Source: Verrucomicrobiota bacterium (GTDB lineage Bacteria > Verrucomicrobiota > Verrucomicrobiia > Limisphaerales > AAA164-E04). From it: 64,000 nt of DNA. The stretch lies in the NCBI GenBank assembly GCA_047947115.1, contig CP170459.1:5216001-5280000 (forward strand), written 5' to 3'. The notes under the pieces are model-generated. The model was not told the DNA's origin. It did not search any database and worked only from the letters and a program-made list of their open reading frames with translations. Made by a program: the position numbers and the translations under genes. Positions 10,064 through 18,721 of this stretch are shown here, piece by piece. Each line of letters starts with the position of its first letter. Position 1 is the first letter of the stretch.

Positions 10064-10263
10064 GACAGGATTTACGGGATGAACCTTTTTTGGGTGAGGG
10101 CGTAAGTGCTAAAGATGGAAGCTTACAATTGATATTGAGTCCGCCCTTTCAAAAGAGCGAAGACGCCTAACCTTCGATTCAGGATCATAATATGATCATG
10201 CCGGAATCACTCGCTCACACTGTCAGTTTCTTATTCTCTCTTCATTATCCTGTAAATCGTGTC
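10064..10263. repeat. ~200-bp intergenic element bounded by 17-bp imperfect inverted repeats of the 9-mer family
   Basis: GACAGGATTTACGGGAT (10064-10080) and ATCCTGTAAATCGTGTC (10247-10263) are 15/17 complementary. Confidence 0.6.
10183..10197. promoter_or_regulatory. Perfect palindrome GATCATA-A-TATGATC, candidate operator
   Basis: A 7-1-7 inverted repeat in the divergent aroC/ubiB-like intergenic region. Function is inferred only. Confidence 0.3.
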
Positions 10264-10320
10264 TCAATAAACACCCATCGACTCGTTCTGGCTTTTGTGG
10301 GCGGTTCGTGTTAAGGGTAG

Positions 10321-12030
10321 GTGAGTCAGGAAATTATGACGTTTATCAAGCGCATTGAATCCATGGGACGCCGCATGAAGGAACTTCAGCGGTTCAGGGA
10401 CATTTTACGGGTATTCATGCATTACGACTTTGACGATTTGGCGCATAAATTGCACATCCCTTCCATCATCGGATCTCCAATCAAGACACTGGTCGACGGC
10501 AAAGATCCTGAAATCGCCAAGCTATCCCAGCCGGAGAAACTCCGCAGGATGTGCGAGGAGCTGGGTCCCACCTTCACAAAACTGGGCCAGATCCTTTCCA
10601 CGCGCCCCAATCTGTTACCCCGGGAATACGTGGATGAATTATCCAAACTTCACAGCCATTCAGCCCCCCTTCCATTCGCAAAGATTCAATCCATTCTGAC
10701 AGAGGAACTCGGCACCGACCCGGAAACCATTTTCAAGGAGATCATTGAAGAACCACTCGGGGCCGCCTCGATCGCTCAGGTTCACAAAGCCAAGCTTCCC
10801 GATGGAAAAGAAGTCGTGATCAAAGTGCAACGCCCCGGAATTGCTGACATCATGGAGCAGGATCTCGAAATTCTGGAATACCTGGCCAGCTTGATGGAGC
10901 ATTATCTGGAGTCCTGGCGGGTGCACCATCCGCGCCGAATAGTGGAGGAGTTTGCGGGCAGACTTTCCAAGGAACTGGACTTCTCGCTGGAAGCCTCACA
11001 TATCCAACGTTTTCAATGGCAGTTCCACGAAGATCCGACTTTGTTTGTCCCCAAGGTTTACGGACGATTTTCCAGTCAACGCGTATTGGTCATGGACTAT
11101 GTGGCAGGTAAAAAAATCACGGATTGGAACCAGCATGCCTCACCGGGCGAAAAGACCGCTGTGGCCGAAACCATCGCCCAATCCATCATGGCACAAGTGT
11201 TTCTTCACGGCTTCTTTCACGCCGATCCCCACCCTGGCAACATCCATGTGATGCCGGATTTAAAGATATGTTTCCTGGATTTCGGCATGATGGGTTTTCT
11301 CGACTTTCGAACGCGGGAAGCTTTCGCGGACCTGCTCTGGAGCATCACCCAACGCAATGAAACAGGGGTTTCGCACGCCCTGTTGCGCATGAGTTCTTAT
11401 GAATCGGAACCCGATATGCGTCAGATGGAATCCGATATTGCGGAGTTCATTCATCAGAATTTTTACCGCCCCATATCGGAAATCCACTTCGGCAGTATGT
11501 TGAGCCAACTCCTCGCCATCACGGGGAAATATGGGCTGCGACTCGGTCCGGACATTTTCATTCTGCTCAAAACCCTGAGTCATACAGAAAGCTTGCTGAC
11601 CCAACTATGCCCCGAACGGGATCTGGCGCATTATGCTGCTCCGTTTATCAAAAAGATCCGCTTGAACCGCATCAACCCGAAAAACGTGGCCGGTAGTTTG
11701 TATGACTTCGGAGTGGAATTTTCTGAATTGATCAAAGATCTTCCGGCGGAAGTCCGGCGTATCATCGGGCATGTCAAAAAGGGCGAAGCAAAAGTGGCCT
11801 TCAAACACGACGGTCTCGAACCATTGACGTCGTCTTGGGATCGCGTCAGCAATCGACTTTCCTACTCCGTTGTGCTTGCCTCTTTGATCATCGGTTCCTC
11901 GTTGCTGGTGCACGCGGACATACCACCAAAATGGTATGACATTCCGGTCATTGGCCTCATTGGATTCGTGGTCGCAGCCTTCATGGGATTCTGGTTACTG
12001 GTGTCCATTCTGCGACATGGACGCATGTGA
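10321..12030 (+). CDS. AarF/ABC1/UbiB kinase family protein with C-terminal TM helices
   Basis: Motifs ELGPTFTKLGQILSTRP, AASIAQVH, VIKVQRP, GFFHADPHPGN and LDFGMMG. Confidence 0.92.
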   Translation: MSQEIMTFIKRIESMGRRMKELQRFRDILRVFMHYDFDDLAHKLHIPSIIGSPIKTLVDGKDPEIAKLSQPEKLRRMCEELGPTFTKLGQILSTRPNLLPREYVDELSKLHSHSAPLPFAKIQSILTEELGTDPETIFKEIIEEPLGAASIAQVHKAKLPDGKEVVIKVQRPGIADIMEQDLEILEYLASLMEHYLESWRVHHPRRIVEEFAGRLSKELDFSLEASHIQRFQWQFHEDPTLFVPKVYGRFSSQRVLVMDYVAGKKITDWNQHASPGEKTAVAETIAQSIMAQVFLHGFFHADPHPGNIHVMPDLKICFLDFGMMGFLDFRTREAFADLLWSITQRNETGVSHALLRMSSYESEPDMRQMESDIAEFIHQNFYRPISEIHFGSMLSQLLAITGKYGLRLGPDIFILLKTLSHTESLLTQLCPERDLAHYAAPFIKKIRLNRINPKNVAGSLYDFGVEFSELIKDLPAEVRRIIGHVKKGEAKVAFKHDGLEPLTSSWDRVSNRLSYSVVLASLIIGSSLLVHADIPPKWYDIPVIGLIGFVVAAFMGFWLLVSILRHGRM

Positions 12031-12061
12031 ACCCGCACAAAAAAGACCTGCAAGAAACGGG

Positions 12062-12982
12062 TTAAACAATAAATCCCGAGTCGTCCTGGCCGAATACCTT
12101 GATGCGGTTTTTCCCGTGATCCTTGCTTTCGAAGAGGCATTGGTCGGCCTGGGCCAGCAAGGACCGCTTATCCTTTGCATCTTCGGGAAACGTCGCAACC
12201 CCAAAGGAGGCGGTCACAGTCAAATCGATCCCTTCTTTGATCAGATATCTGGTTTGCGCGACTGCCTCTTTGATTTGGATGGCTTTCTGGATGGCTTCCT
12301 GTTTTGTTTGTCTGGGCAAGATCACGACAAATTCATCACCACCATAGCGCACAATGCGATCGTATGTTTCAAGGCACCCGTGGACCGCCTCTGCGATTTC
12401 CTTGAGAGTTTTTGCACCGAGCAGATGACCATGGGCATCAACCACCGACTTAAAATCGTCGATATCAAAAAAGATCAGTGAATGATGTCGATCTTTCGAG
12501 TTGGACTGCCCCAACAAACGATCCAGATGCCGATGCATGTAGCGCGTATTATGAAATCCGCTGACATCATCAGTGACTGAAAGCTTTGCGACCTGATCAT
12601 GTTTACTTTTCAAGTCGAGCGACATTTTGCGAAGTCGCAATAAATTGGCGACGCGTGCCTTGACTTCATCTTTTTCAAAAGGATGAATCAACACATCATC
12701 CACCGTCTTGCCGAGCAAACGATTTGGAATTTTGGATTTCCGATGCGGTAACAGAAGCAGACTGGGAAGAAAGACCGGCAACTCAGCTTTGCGAAATCGG
12801 CGGATTTCGGAAGCCTTGGCTGTTAATTGATCCTGATCGATCAACAGCAAATCAAAAGGGCTGCCCGAATCAGTCCGGGGCACCCACTGATTCGTCAACT
12901 CGTAATCATCCTGCAACCAGCGTCGCAACATTCGAGCGAATCGGTGGTTATCGACAAACAAGAGGATACGACTACCAGGCAT
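12062..12982 (-). CDS. Diguanylate cyclase with atypical receiver domain
   Basis: Motifs FDIDDFKSVVDAHGH, RYGGDEF, TASFGVA and GKNR. The N-terminus is REC-like (FDLLLID). Confidence 0.9.
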   Translation of the reverse strand: MPGSRILLFVDNHRFARMLRRWLQDDYELTNQWVPRTDSGSPFDLLLIDQDQLTAKASEIRRFRKAELPVFLPSLLLLPHRKSKIPNRLLGKTVDDVLIHPFEKDEVKARVANLLRLRKMSLDLKSKHDQVAKLSVTDDVSGFHNTRYMHRHLDRLLGQSNSKDRHHSLIFFDIDDFKSVVDAHGHLLGAKTLKEIAEAVHGCLETYDRIVRYGGDEFVVILPRQTKQEAIQKAIQIKEAVAQTRYLIKEGIDLTVTASFGVATFPEDAKDKRSLLAQADQCLFESKDHGKNRIKVFGQDDSGFIV

Positions 12983-13039
12983 ACGAAAAAACTAATGCTT
13001 TATCACCAAGCGGTAAACACTTTTGATGCATCGTATGGC

Positions 13040-14470
13040 TCAGGCAATGATGGGATGCACCACCTGGCCCGCAACATCGGTCAGGCGAAAATCACGTCCA
13101 TCCATGAAGAACGTCAGGCGTTCATGATCAAAGCCCATCAGGTGAAGCATGGTGGCATGAAGATCATTGACACTGACACGGTCATCGGCGGCTTTATGGC
13201 CAATTTCATCCGTGCTGCCATGATGGTAGCCGCCTTTGACTCCTCCCCCCGCAAACCAGAAGGTAAATGCGTGGGGATTATGATCGCGCCCCGGATTGCT
13301 CCCCTTTTGCGAAACGGGCAGCCTGCCGAATTCCCCTCCCCATATCACCAGTGTTTCGTCCAATGCACCCCGTTGCTCAAGATCGGAAAGCAAGGCGGCA
13401 ATCGGTTGATCCGTCTCCCTCGCGAAGCCACGATGGTTCCCCTCGATATCCTGATGTCCATCCCAGCTGCGTTGATTTTCCATACCTCCCGAATAAATCT
13501 GCACGCAACGCACACCGCGTTCCACCATTCTTCGAGCAGTCAAACACTGGGCGGCAAAGTGCCGACAGTGATCCTGGTCGAGCCCATAGAGTGATTTGAT
13601 GTGCTCGGGTTCCTTTTGAATATCGAACGCTTCCGGTGCGGCCGTTTGCATGCGATAGGCCAGTTCGAAACTTTCGATCCGGGCATTCAATTCGCTTTCT
13701 ATTGCCGAACCAACGAGATGCTCACGATTTAATTTGGCCAGCAAATCCAACTGCGCGCGTTGTGTCGCCGGCTGGACCTGCGGGGGCAACTTGAGGTTGT
13801 CAATGGGATCCCCTTTCGGTCGCAGCCAGGTACCCTGGTATACACTGGGTAAAAACCCGGCTCCCCAGTTACTGGCATGCCCCTTGGGCAAACCGCGGTC
13901 CAACGGATCGCTCATCACCACAAAAGCCGGTAGATCCCGGCTATCACTCCCCAAACCATAAGTCAGCCACGAACCCACACATGGCCATCCCATACGGGTC
14001 GAACCGGTGTTGATCTTGAACAAGGCCGGACTGTGATTATTGGAATCAGTGTGACAGGAATGGATGAAGGCCATCTTGTCCACATGCCTGGAAAGATATG
14101 GGAAAATGTCACTCACCCAAGTACCGCTCTGACCGTATTGCTTCCAGGCAAAAGGCGATTTCATCAACGGTCCGACCGAGTTGGTGAAGAATCCGGTCTT
14201 ATTGTCAAACCCCTCCAGTGCCACCCCGTCACGACGTTCCAATTCCGGCTTGTAATCCCATGTGTCCACTTGACTGGGACCGCCGTTGATGAAGAGCCAG
14301 ATCACGGATTTTGCCTTGACCGGAAAGTGAGAAAACTTGGGAGCCAACGGATCCAACGCGGCCGCGCCAGCTTTGCTTCCAAACATACCCGACTCGCTCA
14401 ACAATCCAGTCAAACCAAGCAACCCCGCTCCGGCACCTGATCGGAGCAACATTTCCCGTCGATTCAACAT
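13040..14470 (-). CDS. DUF1501 family protein (Tat-like leader)
   Basis: NRREML leader and motifs GGPSQVDTWDYKP, SFELAYRMQ, WDGH, GGEFGR, GRDH and FRLTDV. Confidence 0.9.
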   Translation of the reverse strand: MLNRREMLLRSGAGAGLLGLTGLLSESGMFGSKAGAAALDPLAPKFSHFPVKAKSVIWLFINGGPSQVDTWDYKPELERRDGVALEGFDNKTGFFTNSVGPLMKSPFAWKQYGQSGTWVSDIFPYLSRHVDKMAFIHSCHTDSNNHSPALFKINTGSTRMGWPCVGSWLTYGLGSDSRDLPAFVVMSDPLDRGLPKGHASNWGAGFLPSVYQGTWLRPKGDPIDNLKLPPQVQPATQRAQLDLLAKLNREHLVGSAIESELNARIESFELAYRMQTAAPEAFDIQKEPEHIKSLYGLDQDHCRHFAAQCLTARRMVERGVRCVQIYSGGMENQRSWDGHQDIEGNHRGFARETDQPIAALLSDLEQRGALDETLVIWGGEFGRLPVSQKGSNPGRDHNPHAFTFWFAGGGVKGGYHHGSTDEIGHKAADDRVSVNDLHATMLHLMGFDHERLTFFMDGRDFRLTDVAGQVVHPIIA

Positions 14471-14477
14471 ATTCGGT

Positions 14478-17276
14478 TCACTCCACATAAATAAATTCAT
14501 TCAACCCCATGATAATCTGCGCAAAATCCGTCAATGCCAGACGCTCTGCATTGGCTTGCCCGTCGGCGCGATAACGTTCGGTCTGACCGGCAATGAAAGC
14601 GGCGCTTTCGGCCAGCTCGAGACCAGAAGGTTCCCGGTTCAAACCCATGCCATAGGCGCGTTGCACCGATTCATAAACCGATTGTCGCTGATCCGGAGCA
14701 AACCGTTCGGAAAAAGCCCTTGCCCAATCGCGGATATGTGGTCCGTTCATCAGCAACAACGCCTGCGGGGCCACGGTCGTGGTAGGGCGTGTTCCCTGAC
14801 TGACCAGTGGTTCCGGCGCATCGTAAGCCTGCATCGAATTGATCACTTTGCTGCGCTTGACGGTCAGGTAAATGCTGCGCCGATGATCCGCCGCATCCAA
14901 CACACCGGGACCATACATACGATCATCCAACACACCGGAAACAACCAACAACGCATCCCTTATGGCTTCCGCCTCCAAACGCCGTTGCCGGGGATAAAAC
15001 GATCCGGGAACGGACTTCTTCTGATCCGATTCCCCCTGCCCTACTTTGGGTTGTCCGGACATCTGCTGCCAAGTGCGGCTGGACATGATCAACTGATGAA
15101 TGGGTTTCAGTCTCCACCCCTCATGAATCAGTCGATGCGCCAGCCAATCCAGCAAAGCCGGATGCTCGGGCGGCTCTCCCAACACTCCGAAATCATTGGG
15201 AGTCCTGACCAATCCCTGACCAAAGTGATGTTGCCAGATCCGATTCACCATCACGCGCGCCAACAAAGGTCCCGCGCCTTGATCAACATCGGTCAACCAT
15301 TCCGCCAAACTGCGGCGTCGACCGGAATACTTCGCTCCCTCCGGAACATCGAACCTCCAATAGTCTTCTACATCAGGCTGTCGATAAAGAGCTCGCAGGA
15401 ATCCTTGGGAAACCTCTTCGCCTTTGGAATCAGTGCTCCCGCGTTTAAGGAAAAAAGTCTTCTCAAAAAAGTCCGATCCCTGTGTGTGCATGCGCACAGC
15501 TGGATATCCTTCTGCACAAATCAGCACCTTGGTGAGTTCCGGGGATGGTTTGGTTTCGGCATGCTTTGTCACTGCGGCGTTAAGTTTGTTCCACTGAGGA
15601 TCGGAATGCTTCCACCAGTGCATCAATGCATGTTGTTCCTTTTCAGAAAGGTCATAGCGCCGATCACCCGAACCGGCCAACTTCGCAAAGATTGTCGCAA
15701 TCTCGGCAGGCAGGGTCTCATCGTCAAATCCAGCGCCTTCCACCGTGCTCACCGATAAACGTGGGCGCCCGATGTTGTGTTGGGTGTTCAAGTTGAACTC
15801 AAGCAGAATCTTCAGTCTTTCGCCCTCTTGCAATGTGAGCGGTTCAGCAAAATCAAACACCGCCGCATGGTCTTTGCCAAACTGAGGATCCACAGCCCAT
15901 CCGGTCTTGGGATCCTTGTCCAGTGAGGCGGTGATGGAAAGGTTACCATTGTTTTGTTCAAACGTTGCACGCGGATTCTGCAGTGTTATTTCACGGTCCT
16001 GTTTCGAATCTTTTGCAACGACAAACACTCGAATACGGCTTAACCCAATGTTTCCATTGCCCGCCCTGCCCGGCCCGCCTTTGCTCATGCTGTCGTGCGC
16101 CAGAGCTTCCAGCCGCAGGGAACGCAACCCGGTTGCTTGTAAGGATGCCTCAAAGGTATAGACATCCGAATCCCCGTTTTTGCCCTCCACCAAATAGGAT
16201 CCATCTTCCAGTCGATTAAAGGCAGCCCCGGCGTTGGATTGCACAAATGATGGCTCCAACATCTGCCAACCGACAAGTTCAGGCCGAGGAGCGCCACCCT
16301 TTAACCAGGCATCAAAATTTCCTGGCAACTCTGTCTCCTCATATGCCTTTCGAGCGGAGACCAGTGGAGCCTGTTCGCTGTTGTAAACCTCCAGTGCCTG
16401 CTGATGCTTCCCGGGTTCAAGATCCAATTCCACCTCGCTGCGAACCGTGGTGGTGAACGTGGACAACATTCGATAATAATCTTCCGAAGGAATGGGGTCG
16501 GTTTTGTGGTCGTGACATCGCGCACACCCCACGGTAAGACCCAGAAATGCTGCGCCCGTGGTGGAAAGCATGTCGTCCATTGCGTCGTAACGAACGCGTT
16601 CCACTTCGTTGGCAGTGATCTGGGTCGGAAACACCCCGGCCCCCAGAAACCCCGTGGCCATCAGAGCGAGCGGGTTGTCCGGTTCGTATTCATCACCTGC
16701 CAACTGCCAGCGAACAAATTGATGATAAGGCATGTCCGCATTCAGGGCCTTGATCACAAAATCACGATAATGATAGGCGCTGGGGCGGTCATAATCATGT
16801 TCAAAACCGGAACTCTCGGCGAATCGCGCCACATCCAGCCAATGCCTTCCCCAGCGTTCTCCATACCTGGGGCTGTCGAGCAGGGTTTCCACCACTTTTT
16901 CCCAAGCGTTTTGAGAAGAGTCCTGCTCAAAGGCGGTCACTTGCCCGGGTGTTGGCGGCATTCCGGTGAGGATGAAAAACGCCCGACGTATCAGCGTTCG
17001 CCGGTCTGCTCTTGGATTCGGTGACAGGCCCCGCTCCTGCATCGTGTCAAGAATCCACCGGTCAATTTCGTTCCGGACCCAGCCCTCGCTGCCCGGCACC
17101 GCAGGAACTTGAGCATCACTTAAAGGCTGAAACGCCCACCAGGTTTCGAGCTGCCGGGGCTGCAAATGATCTGTCGGATCAGCCAAACAAGTCACGCCTG
17201 CGACCAAGCAAGCGACAACCAATACCGCCAGCCTTCGAAACAAACACCGGTGGCTTTGCTTCAAGCAACACTTCAT
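14478..17276 (-). CDS. DUF1549/DUF1553 (PSD1-type) protein
   Basis: Motifs WWAFQP, YGERWGRHWLDVARFAES, CARCHDHK, RVMVNRIWQHHFG, RRLEAEAIRD and PQAL. Confidence 0.9.
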   Translation of the reverse strand: MKCCLKQSHRCLFRRLAVLVVACLVAGVTCLADPTDHLQPRQLETWWAFQPLSDAQVPAVPGSEGWVRNEIDRWILDTMQERGLSPNPRADRRTLIRRAFFILTGMPPTPGQVTAFEQDSSQNAWEKVVETLLDSPRYGERWGRHWLDVARFAESSGFEHDYDRPSAYHYRDFVIKALNADMPYHQFVRWQLAGDEYEPDNPLALMATGFLGAGVFPTQITANEVERVRYDAMDDMLSTTGAAFLGLTVGCARCHDHKTDPIPSEDYYRMLSTFTTTVRSEVELDLEPGKHQQALEVYNSEQAPLVSARKAYEETELPGNFDAWLKGGAPRPELVGWQMLEPSFVQSNAGAAFNRLEDGSYLVEGKNGDSDVYTFEASLQATGLRSLRLEALAHDSMSKGGPGRAGNGNIGLSRIRVFVVAKDSKQDREITLQNPRATFEQNNGNLSITASLDKDPKTGWAVDPQFGKDHAAVFDFAEPLTLQEGERLKILLEFNLNTQHNIGRPRLSVSTVEGAGFDDETLPAEIATIFAKLAGSGDRRYDLSEKEQHALMHWWKHSDPQWNKLNAAVTKHAETKPSPELTKVLICAEGYPAVRMHTQGSDFFEKTFFLKRGSTDSKGEEVSQGFLRALYRQPDVEDYWRFDVPEGAKYSGRRRSLAEWLTDVDQGAGPLLARVMVNRIWQHHFGQGLVRTPNDFGVLGEPPEHPALLDWLAHRLIHEGWRLKPIHQLIMSSRTWQQMSGQPKVGQGESDQKKSVPGSFYPRQRRLEAEAIRDALLVVSGVLDDRMYGPGVLDAADHRRSIYLTVKRSKVINSMQAYDAPEPLVSQGTRPTTTVAPQALLLMNGPHIRDWARAFSERFAPDQRQSVYESVQRAYGMGLNREPSGLELAESAAFIAGQTERYRADGQANAERLALTDFAQIIMGLNEFIYVE

Positions 17277-18721
17277 GCGATGATCCTCCCGATAACCTGC
17301 CCAAACACATCCGTAAGCCGGAAGTCTCGCCCATGGTGCGGGTAGGTTAGTTTTTCATGATCGATCCCCATTAAATGCAGCATGGTGGCATGCAGATCAT
17401 GCAGGTGCACTTTCCCTTGAACGGGCTTGTAGCCGAAATCATCCGTCTCACCATAAACACAGCCGCCTCTGACACCGCCTCCCGCTAACAGCGTACAGAA
17501 ACTTTCCTGCTGATGTTCTCTTCCATGTTTTTCAATGGGACTGGTTCCACTCAGATCCTGGCTCCAGTAAGTTCTCCCAAATTCACCCGAGATCAGCACG
17601 AGGGTTTCATCCAACAAACCACGCTGTTTGAGATCGCGAATCAAACCTGCAATGGGTTTATCCGCTTTGGAACAGGAATTCGGCAATGCATGCAAAATAT
17701 CCCCGTGATGATCCCAGCCATCCATCGTGACCTGCACACATCGCACACCCGATTCACTGAGGCGGCGAGCCAGCAAACAGGCGCGTCCATTGGTGTCACT
17801 GGCTCCTTCGTCGACCCCATACATGGCGAGTGTTGATTTGGATTCTCCCGAAAGATCCACCAGGTCCGGGGTCTCGGTCTGCATGCGAAACGCCAGCTCA
17901 AATGAACTGATAATACCTTCCATCTGAGCATCACCACCCACGTGATCCAACAACCGTTGATTGGACCGTTGCAGAAAATCGAGACGCCGGCGTTGAGTGT
18001 CCGCAGTGGCATTCGGATCGGTCAGGTTTTCGATGGCCAGTTCCTTCTCGTTTCGCGGCACGCGCAACGGGGTTCCCTGATGCCTGGCGGGAAGAAACCC
18101 GGCACCATAGGTTCTGGGATCGCCGGGAGGATGAATCGTCACAAACCCGGGAAGATCGGCGTTCTCAGTGCCGAGTCCATAGCTCATCCAGGATCCCATG
18201 GACGGACGGGCTTCGGCGATATGGCCGGTATGAAACTGAAGCGCCGCAGGAAAGTGCGCCTTGTTGTCGGCAACCATCGCCCGCAACATGCAGAAATCAT
18301 CCGCCACCTCCGCCATATGCGGCAACAGGTCGGATATCATCATTCCGGATTGACCTCTTGGACGAACCGGCTTGATCGGAGCCATCGGCAGGAACTGAGC
18401 CACTCCCACACGCAGTTGACCGTCGTCTCCTACCGGAGAATCGATAGCCGTCCCGTGCTTGCGGGTGATGTATTCCTTGGGAGCAAACAAATCCCCCTGC
18501 GAAGGACCACCCGCGAGAAACACGAAAATCACGCGCCTGGCTCTTGCTGGCAGGTGAAGACCACTCTGTCCGATCGACCCGACCGAAGCCGCTCGCGCCC
18601 CCAGCATCCCATTCAAAGCAAGTCCTCCGAAACCACAGGCCGCCGATTGCAGAAACTGCCGACGGTTGGTCCGCAAACCGTGACCATCACCATGACCGAA
18701 CATCTGATTCAAAATCTTCAT
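17273..18721 (-). CDS. DUF1501 family protein (Tat-like leader)
   Basis: NRRQFL leader and motifs GGPSQ, SFELAFRMQ, WDHH, GEFGRT and FRLTDV. ATGA overlaps with both neighbours. Confidence 0.9.
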   Translation of the reverse strand: MKILNQMFGHGDGHGLRTNRRQFLQSAACGFGGLALNGMLGARAASVGSIGQSGLHLPARARRVIFVFLAGGPSQGDLFAPKEYITRKHGTAIDSPVGDDGQLRVGVAQFLPMAPIKPVRPRGQSGMMISDLLPHMAEVADDFCMLRAMVADNKAHFPAALQFHTGHIAEARPSMGSWMSYGLGTENADLPGFVTIHPPGDPRTYGAGFLPARHQGTPLRVPRNEKELAIENLTDPNATADTQRRRLDFLQRSNQRLLDHVGGDAQMEGIISSFELAFRMQTETPDLVDLSGESKSTLAMYGVDEGASDTNGRACLLARRLSESGVRCVQVTMDGWDHHGDILHALPNSCSKADKPIAGLIRDLKQRGLLDETLVLISGEFGRTYWSQDLSGTSPIEKHGREHQQESFCTLLAGGGVRGGCVYGETDDFGYKPVQGKVHLHDLHATMLHLMGIDHEKLTYPHHGRDFRLTDVFGQVIGRIIA

